DNA of 52,665 nt from Candidatus Curtissbacteria bacterium (GTDB taxonomy: Bacteria; Patescibacteriota; Microgenomatia; Curtissbacterales; GWA2-41-24). Positions within the stretch are counted from its first letter, which is position 1, and each line of letters opens with the position of its first letter. Location: contig JBBQJY010000003.1 of NCBI GenBank assembly GCA_038326365.1, forward strand, positions 1 to 52,665. Direction: 5' to 3'. Below the pieces are notes generated by a model, which was not told the origin of the DNA, did no database searches, and worked only from the letters and a program-made list of their open reading frames with translations. The translations under genes were made by a program, and so were the position numbers. This document shows positions 37,708 to 45,507 of this stretch, in pieces.

Positions 37708-38211
37708 TTAAGCCGCAGTTTTTTCGACAACTGGAGTCGTTGTCGTATTGGAAAGCTCGCTTGTTACTGATGAAGTGTCAACGGTTGTACCTGGAGCTGG
37801 AATTTTAGGATCTAGCGGTGCAGCTTCCATCCTAACTGGTCCTAAGCCGGGCATTGGGTTGCCAATATGTGCAGCTTGTGCAGACGGTCCAGGGCTAGTT
37901 CGGATTTCTTGATTTAAGCTTTTTATTGTATCTTGAGCAATCGCGTCTAAGGAAGGGCTGGCTTCGTGAACAACACCATCTCTGGCCTGCAATCCCTCGG
38001 ACGCCCCTACCCCAATTGAAGCAGAATCGGCGCTTGCCCTAGCACTGTCCGACAACGCCCCTGCTTCCCAAGCGGTCTTTGGACTTGTAGTTGTATTAGG
38101 AGTTTCAGAACGGCGGTTGCGAGCAAATCTTCCCAGAAACCCCCCCAAAAAGCTTTTTTTCTCTGGAGCCATTGGTTCTTGACTTGGGATCTCTGTTGTA
38201 GGTTCACTCAT
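37708..38211 (-). CDS. Low-complexity, probably disordered hypothetical protein
   Basis: 167 aa from ATG 38211; Ala/Ser/Thr/Pro-rich; fills the gap between rpsI and tRNA-Pro. Confidence 0.65.
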   Translation of the reverse strand: MSEPTTEIPSQEPMAPEKKSFLGGFLGRFARNRRSETPNTTTSPKTAWEAGALSDSARASADSASIGVGASEGLQARDGVVHEASPSLDAIAQDTIKSLNQEIRTSPGPSAQAAHIGNPMPGLGPVRMEAAPLDPKIPAPGTTVDTSSVTSELSNTTTTPVVEKTAA

Positions 38212-38318
38212 AACTAACAAACATTATCATATATTTTATCGCTTTGTAAAGTTTCGAAAATCAGCCAGCTTGTGTTTAAAAACGCTGAGGTTCTCACCTT
38301 AATTTTAAGTATACAATG

Positions 38319-38389
38319 TCGGGGAGGGGAGAATCGAACTCCCGATACTGCACCCCCAGCGCAGTGTGTTACCACTATACTACTCCCCG
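38319..38389 (-). tRNA. tRNA-Pro (GGG), CCA not encoded
   Basis: Minus strand CGGGGAG acceptor pairs with CTCCCCG; anticodon arm CTGCG-CTGGGGG-TGCAG; T arm GGGAG-TTCGATT-CTCCC. Confidence 0.95.
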
Positions 38390-38460
38390 TCTGCGTAAGT
38401 AGATATTTTATCAGGTCTTGTTTTTTAACAACATCTATAGTAAAACTAGCACGTACTTGA

Positions 38461-39540
38461 ATGACTAACTCCGACGCGAAAAAGCAGGCTATCGCGACTG
38501 CAATCTCTCAAATAGAAAAAGCATACGGAAAAGGCTCTATTATGAAAATGGGTGAGTCTGTTGGTAAATTTGAAATTGATGTTATTCCAACGGGAATTGT
38601 ACCCGTTGATCTCGCACTTGGTGTGGGAGGTTTACCTAGGGGCCGTATCGTTGAAATTTATGGACCAGAAGCGTCCGGAAAAACAACCCTGACACTATCA
38701 ACAATCGCCCAGGCTCAAAAAAATGGTGGAAATGTAGCACTGATTGACGCAGAACACGCGCTTGACCCTGTGTGGGCGGAAAAAGTGGGAGTTAATCTCG
38801 ACGACCTTTTGATTTCTCAACCGGACACCGGAGAGCAAGCGCTAGAAATTACTGAAACCTTAATTCGTTCCGGGGCAATTGACGTTATAGTTATCGACTC
38901 CGTGGCCGCGCTAGTTCCACGTGCCGAAATCGAAGGGGAAATGGGTGACTCCATGATTGGGGTCCAAGCCCGCTTAATGTCGCAGGCATTAAGAAAACTA
39001 ACAGGCGTTATTTCAAAATCCAAAACCATTGCGATTTTCACAAATCAGCTTCGGGAAAAAATTGGTGTTATGTTTGGAAGCCCAGAAACAACCCCTGGTG
39101 GGCGAGCACTTAAATTTTATGCGTCAGTCCGTTTGGACATTAGGAAAATAGACAATATCAAAGAAGGCGATCGTGTAATTGGATCACGTCACAGAGTTAA
39201 AGTTGTTAAAAACAAAGTTGCTCCGCCGTTTCGTCTTGCCGAATTTGACATCATGGGCGAAGAAGGGATCAGCAAAGAAGGCGGTCTAATTGATGTTGCC
39301 ATGGAACTTGGTCTTGTCACTAAAAGCGGCGCTTTTTACCGCTGGGGCGCAAAAATGATCGGACAAGGTAGAGAAAGTGCCAAAGGATATTTTGCCGAGC
39401 ATAAAAAAGATTATCAGGCTCTGGAAAAAGATATATGGTCAAAAGTTAAAAAAGGAGCTTCTACCAAACCTGCAGTCACAACTAATCACGAGTCGGAAAG
39501 CGACGAAATTCTAGAAGAAATTATTCCTGCTGCTCAGTAA
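38461..39540 (+). CDS. recA: Recombinase A
   Basis: [44 protein letters not shown]. Confidence 0.99.
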   Translation: MTNSDAKKQAIATAISQIEKAYGKGSIMKMGESVGKFEIDVIPTGIVPVDLALGVGGLPRGRIVEIYGPEASGKTTLTLSTIAQAQKNGGNVALIDAEHALDPVWAEKVGVNLDDLLISQPDTGEQALEITETLIRSGAIDVIVIDSVAALVPRAEIEGEMGDSMIGVQARLMSQALRKLTGVISKSKTIAIFTNQLREKIGVMFGSPETTPGGRALKFYASVRLDIRKIDNIKEGDRVIGSRHRVKVVKNKVAPPFRLAEFDIMGEEGISKEGGLIDVAMELGLVTKSGAFYRWGAKMIGQGRESAKGYFAEHKKDYQALEKDIWSKVKKGASTKPAVTTNHESESDEILEEIIPAAQ

Positions 39541-39543
39541 TTC

Positions 39544-40221
39544 GTGGCCCAGGTTAGTGCCATTGAATCCCAAAAATCCAACATAAGGCGATCAGACAAA
39601 ATCGAAAAAAGATTTAACATTTTTATCGGCGAAAAATTCGTCTTTGCGGTTGGGGAAGAAAACCTCCTTAAATTCAAGCTTAAGGTTGGAAGTTTGATAG
39701 ACGATCAAATACTTGCCGAAATTTTAAAAAAAGAAGATGAAAAAAAGCTCACAGATCAGGCGATTAACTTTCTTTCATTTAGGCCCAGAAGTCAAAAAGA
39801 AACGGAAGACTATCTAATCAAAAAAATTTCACAAAAAGAGAAATTAAAATATCATCAGGCAAAAGAAGCACCGCAAATTCCAATTATTATCGCAAAGCTT
39901 GCCAAATACGGATATTTAGACGATTTGAACTTTGCCAAATGGTGGGTGGAAAGCCGAAATAGAGCGCGCCAAAAAGGGAAAAGACTAATAAGCATGGAGC
40001 TGAAGTACAAAGGCATCGATGAGGAGATAATCTCAAGCGTATTGGAAGACTCGGAAGGAGAGTTGGAACTGGCCCTTAAGGTACTCGAGAAGAAAAAAAA
40101 CAAGCTAGCAAAACTTTCTGCAATTGAAGCTAAGCAGAAAACCTACTATTACTTAGGGACTCGTGGATTCGACACCACTATAATAAAGGAAGCATTTGCA
40201 ATTTTTTTTAAAAAGAGCTAA
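39544..40221 (+). CDS. recX: Regulatory protein RecX
   Basis: Directly after recA; AINFLSFRPRSQKE, YLDDLNFA, ELKYKGI, YLGTRGF. Confidence 0.93.
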   Translation: MAQVSAIESQKSNIRRSDKIEKRFNIFIGEKFVFAVGEENLLKFKLKVGSLIDDQILAEILKKEDEKKLTDQAINFLSFRPRSQKETEDYLIKKISQKEKLKYHQAKEAPQIPIIIAKLAKYGYLDDLNFAKWWVESRNRARQKGKRLISMELKYKGIDEEIISSVLEDSEGELELALKVLEKKKNKLAKLSAIEAKQKTYYYLGTRGFDTTIIKEAFAIFFKKS

Positions 40222-40352
40222 AATTTTTAAACAAGAAAGCAGTAAATAAGAAGTTATATAGGCTTTATGAAAAATAAAACTATAAACAGCAATATTTTTT
40301 TGTCTCACAATTCCCGCTAACCACGGCTTATTTTTACTGTTTCTAAAATAAA

Positions 40353-41831
40353 ATGAGTTATTACGACGATCAAAAATCGCCTCAAAAAAGAGGCCAAAAA
40401 GTAGTTGTTTCTGTAGGCGTGCCACGCCAAGATTTAAACAGCCCTCGAGACGCGAGAGAAATAATTCAAGACGCCAGAGACGAGGCATTCCGCATAAAAA
40501 AAGCTGCGGAAGAAGAGTCAAGAAAAGTTCGTCAGGAATCCATAGAAATTGAAAAAAGAATAGCACAAAAGGAAGAAGGACTTGACTTAAAAATTTCTCA
40601 AATATCTAAACTCGAAAAACAAACCGAAAGCCAAAAAGATGCTTACGAAAAACTGGAAAAAGAATTATCTAAAGCCAGAAATGACCTTATTGAAAAATTA
40701 TCAAAAACGGCATCTCTGACTCGGGATGAGGCAAAAAAGTTAATTCTTACAAATTTAGAACAAGAGCTTCAAGGAGAAATTGCAAAAAGAATTAAGGAAG
40801 CCGAAGAAAAAATTAAGGCCGAGAGCACTCAAAAAGCCCGAGAAATAATTGTCAATTCGATGATTGCTGGCGCCACAGACTGGGTAGCAGAATACACAGT
40901 CTCGACAGTTAAATTAGAGTCTGAAGAAATGAAAGGCAGAATTATCGGCAAAGAAGGCCGAAATATTCGAGCATTCGAATTGGCAACAGGCATCGATGTG
41001 GAGTTAGATAGTGACATTGAAGGTGAAGTCAGGCTCTCCTCTTTTGATCCAATCAGAAGAGAGGTTGCCAGAGTTGCTCTTGAGTGGCTAGTCAAAGACG
41101 CCAGAATTCAACCGACAAGAATCGAACAACTAGTAGAGCAAGCTCGTGCTCAAGTGGCTTCGGATATGTCTGAAGCTGGTAGAAAAGCGGCCACTGAGCT
41201 GGGATTATTCAATATACCCGAAGAGGCACTTGATACTCTCGGTCGACTAAAATTTCGTTATTCATACGGTCAAAATCAACTAATCGCCGCAGTTGAAACC
41301 GGCAGAATAGCTAAGAAAATTGCAGAAGAAGTCGGCGCTAATTATTTAATTTGCGCACAAGGTGGACTTTTTCACGATATTGGGAAAACTGAAATGGAAA
41401 AAGAGGGAACTCATGTTCAACTTGGAGTTCAACTTGCCAAAAAATGGAATTTTCCTCCTGAGGTTGTTAATTGTATAGCTCAGCACCATGAAGACGAACC
41501 GTTTTCCGCAATGGAGTCAATCGTTGTTCATGTGGCTGATGCTGTTTCTGGAGCTCGACCGGGTGCCAGGCACGAGGCAGTCGAAGACTATATTAAAAGA
41601 CTCAAAGATATAGAAAATGTGGCAACTTCATTTTCCGGTGTGGAAAAAGCCTTTGCAATTCAAGCAGGCCGAGAAGTAAGAGTGATTGTGCAGCCGGAAG
41701 TTGTGGATGATGACGGAGTTGTAACTCTTGCGCACAACATTAGGCAAAAGCTGGAAAGCGATTTAACTTATCCAGGCCAAATCACAGTTACGGTCATTCG
41801 CGAAACTCGAGCCATCGATATTGCCAAATAA
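40353..41831 (+). CDS. rny: Ribonuclease Y (no N-terminal TM anchor; first HD-domain His replaced)
   Basis: Coiled-coil, KH motif KGRIIGKEGRNIR, HD motif FHDIGK, SGARPGAR, AIQAGREVRV, YPGQITVTVIRE. Confidence 0.95.
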   Translation: MSYYDDQKSPQKRGQKVVVSVGVPRQDLNSPRDAREIIQDARDEAFRIKKAAEEESRKVRQESIEIEKRIAQKEEGLDLKISQISKLEKQTESQKDAYEKLEKELSKARNDLIEKLSKTASLTRDEAKKLILTNLEQELQGEIAKRIKEAEEKIKAESTQKAREIIVNSMIAGATDWVAEYTVSTVKLESEEMKGRIIGKEGRNIRAFELATGIDVELDSDIEGEVRLSSFDPIRREVARVALEWLVKDARIQPTRIEQLVEQARAQVASDMSEAGRKAATELGLFNIPEEALDTLGRLKFRYSYGQNQLIAAVETGRIAKKIAEEVGANYLICAQGGLFHDIGKTEMEKEGTHVQLGVQLAKKWNFPPEVVNCIAQHHEDEPFSAMESIVVHVADAVSGARPGARHEAVEDYIKRLKDIENVATSFSGVEKAFAIQAGREVRVIVQPEVVDDDGVVTLAHNIRQKLESDLTYPGQITVTVIRETRAIDIAK

Positions 41832-41834
41832 TAA

Positions 41835-41863
41835 TTGACTGCTCAAAGCTATTTATATATAAT
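41835..41863 (+). promoter_or_regulatory. Sigma70-type promoter for HU gene
   Basis: TTGACT (41835-41840), 17 nt, TATAAT (41858-41863). Confidence 0.8.
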
Positions 41864-41887
41864 TGCACCTAACCAAAAAAGTTCTCA

Positions 41888-42160
41888 ATGACCAAAAAAG
41901 AATTAGTTAATAGAGTTTCCAAGAAAGTGGGACTCACCAAAAAAACCGCAGAACATGCTGTTAACGCAGTCTTTGCAAACATTCGCGAATCCATGATCAA
42001 AGGTGACAAAGTTGTAATTACCGGCTTCGGAACTTTTAAGGTAAGAAAAAGGGCCACCAGAACAGGACGCAATCCCCAAACAGGCAACTCACTAAAAATC
42101 ATTGGACACAAACTTCCAGGCTTTACCGCAGGCAAAACCCTTAAACGTTTAATAAAATAA
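41888..42160 (+). CDS. hup: DNA-binding protein HU
   Basis: MTKKELV, VVITGFGTFKVRKRATRTGRNPQTG, PGFTAGKTLK. Confidence 0.97.
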   Translation: MTKKELVNRVSKKVGLTKKTAEHAVNAVFANIRESMIKGDKVVITGFGTFKVRKRATRTGRNPQTGNSLKIIGHKLPGFTAGKTLKRLIK

Positions 42161-42172
42161 TCTATTGAAATT

Positions 42173-42520
42173 CTAAGCAGCTTTATCTTTTGCTGTAGCT
42201 CGACTCGCTGCTCTGTGAGCTTGCAGTTTATTCGGCAGCCCTCTTATGGTGTGATCCCCGGATGCAGGAATCATCCTTCGAGAAGTAATGTCAATCAATT
42301 CTGCGGGAGCTCGATACGCTTCCATCGGGGCAGTAACTTCTGGTGCACCTAGCTTCCCCCCTTTTATACTGAACGGCCTAAGGGTTTCGACAGCTTGAGG
42401 CTCTTCGGAATCTCTTATCTGACCATTGACACCTGTAAGTTCATTACTCGTCCACCCGCTTGGAATTCCTGTTCCAGCTTGCTCACTGCCTCTTGATCTT
42501 TCTTTGCCGATTTTGTCCAT
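42173..42520 (-). CDS. Hypothetical, probably disordered protein
   Basis: 115 aa from ATG 42520, preceded by AGAGG SD-like sequence; converges on hup. Confidence 0.6.
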   Translation of the reverse strand: MDKIGKERSRGSEQAGTGIPSGWTSNELTGVNGQIRDSEEPQAVETLRPFSIKGGKLGAPEVTAPMEAYRAPAELIDITSRRMIPASGDHTIRGLPNKLQAHRAASRATAKDKAA

Positions 42521-42609
42521 ATTAGCCTCTTGCCAGATCAAGAATATACATCTTTTAGCTTCAGAAGTCAATTTAGGTCTCGTCTAAGCGAATGTGTTAA
42601 ATTTAAAGT

Positions 42610-43008
42610 ATGGACCAAATAGTCAAACCTCCAATAATTAGGAACCATGAGCCATTTCTGCGCCATCAAGTTAAAAGCTTCGGATATGCATTCGACGGAA
42701 TCATTTATAGTTTCGACAAAGGAACACATTTTAAAATGCAGACCATAGCACTACTGTTAGTAGTTATACTTGGCTTTGTTTACAAAATTAATAGCACAGA
42801 ATGGCTTGTACTAATCCTAATTTCATCAGCCGTAATTTCTGCTGAAGCAACCAATACAGCAATCGAGGAAGCATGTAATATGCTTCACCCTGATCAACAC
42901 CCACGAGCAAGAATGTCAAAACATTGTGCAGCCGGCGCTGTTCTGATTCTATCGATTGCTGCAATAGCCATTGGTTTGATAATTTTTCTTCCAAAAATAT
43001 TCGCCTAG
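42610..43008 (+). CDS. dgkA: Diacylglycerol/undecaprenol kinase (DgkA family)
   Basis: SFGYAFDGI, SAEATNTAIEE, SKHCAAGAVL; three TM helices. Confidence 0.92.
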   Translation: MDQIVKPPIIRNHEPFLRHQVKSFGYAFDGIIYSFDKGTHFKMQTIALLLVVILGFVYKINSTEWLVLILISSAVISAEATNTAIEEACNMLHPDQHPRARMSKHCAAGAVLILSIAAIAIGLIIFLPKIFA

Positions 43009-43021
43009 TTACTCCTGTTAT

Positions 43022-44188
43022 GTGATAAAATCAAAGCAAATGTCGGCGACTTTTTTCATAAAAACTTTTGGATGTCAGCAAAATATGGCTGATAGTCAAA
43101 GAATCTCAAGCTACTATCTTTCACGCGGCTACAAAGAATCAAAATCAATCAAAAGTGCTTCGGAGGTAGTTATAAATACTTGTATGATCAGACAAAGTGC
43201 TGAGGACCGTGTAACAGGACTTGTAAAAAATGTTGCACAAATGAATCCAAATTCCAAAATCGTGATAACTGGCTGCATGGTTGGTATGGCTTCTCGTGAT
43301 GAAACTGGAAAATATATAAAGGCCCTAAAAAAAAGAATGCCGGAAGTCGACGAATTCTTGCCTCTTGAGGAAGTGGGCTTTGATTACCCAGCTCTCAGGT
43401 CAGATTTAACTCATGCGTGGGTGCCCATTTCAAACGGTTGCAATAATTTTTGTACTTTTTGTGTGGTCCCATTTACCAGAGGTCGGGAAATTTCGCGATC
43501 TTTTGAAGATATTATTTTCGAAATAAATCATCTTGCTGAAGACGGATGCACCGAAGTTACGCTCCTCGGTCAAAATGTAAATTCATTCGGGGCAGATCTC
43601 GTTAAAAATTCAAAAGGTTTTAAGTTACCATCTGGTCGAATTGTTAAACCGGTAATTGTGAAGCATCTTGGAAAATACAGGATTCCGACACTTTTTCCTT
43701 ATCTGCTTGAAGAAGTCTGCAAAATAGAAGGTATTAAAACAGTTAAGTTCATCTCGTCCAATCCCTGGGACTTTTCAGATCAATTGATTAGCACCATCGC
43801 TAATAATCAGAAAATTGATAGAAATATTCACTTAGCCGTGCAGTCTGGTGATGATCAAATTTTAAAAAAAATGAATCGTTGGTATACGCAAAAAGATTAT
43901 TTAAATCTGGTTAAAAAAATAAAAGCAAAAATTAAAGGTGCGCAGATTTCAACGGATATAATTGTCGGATTTCCAGGTGAAACCGAAAAACAATTTAAAA
44001 ATACTGTGCAGCTTGCCCAAAAAGCTGATTTTGCCTATGGTTACGTATCAAAATATTCTGATCGGCCCGGTACGGCAGCTCATAAAGCACTTGGCGATGA
44101 CATATCTCATCAAGAAAAAGATCGGCGTTGGAAAATACTAGATAGCTTAATCAATCAAAAGCAGGTTACTAGATCCTCAGTTCGGTAG
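43022..44188 (+). CDS. miaB: MiaB-like radical SAM tRNA methylthiotransferase lacking TRAM domain
   Basis: TFGCQQN, INTC, TGC, GCNNFCTFC, LLGQNVNS, HLAVQSG, TDIIVGFPGET; alternative start ATG 43040. Confidence 0.9.
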   Translation: MIKSKQMSATFFIKTFGCQQNMADSQRISSYYLSRGYKESKSIKSASEVVINTCMIRQSAEDRVTGLVKNVAQMNPNSKIVITGCMVGMASRDETGKYIKALKKRMPEVDEFLPLEEVGFDYPALRSDLTHAWVPISNGCNNFCTFCVVPFTRGREISRSFEDIIFEINHLAEDGCTEVTLLGQNVNSFGADLVKNSKGFKLPSGRIVKPVIVKHLGKYRIPTLFPYLLEEVCKIEGIKTVKFISSNPWDFSDQLISTIANNQKIDRNIHLAVQSGDDQILKKMNRWYTQKDYLNLVKKIKAKIKGAQISTDIIVGFPGETEKQFKNTVQLAQKADFAYGYVSKYSDRPGTAAHKALGDDISHQEKDRRWKILDSLINQKQVTRSSVR

Positions 44189-45463
44189 CTATCTCCAGCT
44201 TTTCAATATCATAAACTTATCAATAGCCTCAATCCTTATTGGCAGGCCAGAAGAAATAGGATACATAAAAGCAAACATTAGAACGAACATGAGAATAACC
44301 AGAATCGCGGCATACTTATATTTAGTTTTGTAAAGATCTGCAAGGGCTATACCAATGGCGATGGTTAAAAAGGGTATAGCCGGCAAATAGTGATACAAAA
44401 AGAGAATACGAGGCGACAATATCCAAGGTACCCAAAAAATAAGATATCCCAAAAGTATTATTAACAATTTTGGATTCCTTTCATCCAAGTATTTACCAAC
44501 CAAGTAAGACACAGCAATGATTCCCGCCCAAAAAATCAACGGATTGCCAAGGGCATAGATATATCCGGCCATTCCGCTGCCGTAGTCCTCATATGAAAAA
44601 TACACTCCCCTCATGTCCAAAATCCATGGACACCAAGTCTTAGTCGCGTCTAGTCCTTGTGGTACACAAAAAAGCGGTGTTGTACCGTAAGAATGCTGAA
44701 GGTCGTGTCTATTTTGATACCACCATATTTGTTTATGCAAATCGACAAAATTTTGTACAGTATGCCCCTGTAGCCAAAATTGACCATATGCCCCTAGATA
44801 AAATAAAAGCGGAACAACAAACAGCAAGATCAAACTGAAGGATAATATTTTTTTCTTAAATTGATAAATTGCAAAAATCAAAAATACCGAAGCTATTGCG
44901 TATAAGCCCGGCCATTTCGAAGCGAGTGCTAAGCCAAGAAAAACAGAAGTTAAAAGCAGACTTACAAATCTTGGTTTTTTGATGTAAAGAGCGGCAAAAA
45001 TAAAAGCTACCACAGAAAAAAAGGTTATAAAAACATCGTTCATTGTGATTCTCGTCATCACAAAAGTTAAATTCTCAAATGCAATTGTCGTTGAAGCGAA
45101 AATAGCGACCGTGGGCCCAAAAAGTATCATTGCCAAGACAAATGTAGCTGGAATTATTGCAGTTCCAAAAATTAGACTAGGCGTTCTCCACCCAACAGGA
45201 TTGTCGCCAAAAATTTTAATTGAAGCAGCCTGAATAAGCTTAGCCAAAGGTGGATGCAACCAATCGTAAGCTGTGCCTTCCTTTGGAGCCGGAGAGAATG
45301 GATCGTAAGGAGCTGGGTTATTGTCTGCATACGCCTTAGCCGTTACCGCATGATAAACTTCATCGAAATAATAGTGATCAGGTTCGGTGTATCGATAAAA
45401 CCTCACAAGGAATGAAAATATCGTCAAAACGATAATAAAAATTATAGAAAACTTCTTTGTCAT
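44189..45463 (-). CDS. Dolichyl/polyprenyl-phosphate-mannose--protein mannosyltransferase-like (PMT, GT-C)
   Basis: YYFDEVYH (DE motif), HPPLAKLI, GWR, LASKWPG, LFLYHYLPAIPF; multiple TM helices; start ATG 45463. Confidence 0.88.
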   Translation of the reverse strand: MTKKFSIIFIIVLTIFSFLVRFYRYTEPDHYYFDEVYHAVTAKAYADNNPAPYDPFSPAPKEGTAYDWLHPPLAKLIQAASIKIFGDNPVGWRTPSLIFGTAIIPATFVLAMILFGPTVAIFASTTIAFENLTFVMTRITMNDVFITFFSVVAFIFAALYIKKPRFVSLLLTSVFLGLALASKWPGLYAIASVFLIFAIYQFKKKILSFSLILLFVVPLLFYLGAYGQFWLQGHTVQNFVDLHKQIWWYQNRHDLQHSYGTTPLFCVPQGLDATKTWCPWILDMRGVYFSYEDYGSGMAGYIYALGNPLIFWAGIIAVSYLVGKYLDERNPKLLIILLGYLIFWVPWILSPRILFLYHYLPAIPFLTIAIGIALADLYKTKYKYAAILVILMFVLMFAFMYPISSGLPIRIEAIDKFMILKSWR

Positions 45464-45490
45464 CTCTAACAATATATAATTATGTTAGAG
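45464..45490. promoter_or_regulatory. Symmetric bidirectional promoter between two divergent GT-C genes
   Basis: CTCTAACA-N11-TGTTAGAG inverted repeat; loop holds TATAAT on + (45475-45480) and TATATT on - (45476-45471). Confidence 0.55.
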
Positions 45491-45507
45491 CACAATCAAT
45501 AATTCTA

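Noticed and set aside
38272-38460. 62-aa plus-strand ORF
   Set aside because: It is the antisense reading of tRNA-Pro
38390-38460. LexA/SOS box upstream of recA
   Set aside because: No match to CTGT-N8-ACAG, GAAC-N4-GTTC or GTTC-N7-GTTC types
43022-44188. RimO rather than MiaB
   Set aside because: The N-terminal TFGCQQN and LLGQNVNS motifs and proximity to miaA fit MiaB better; not fully excluded without a tree
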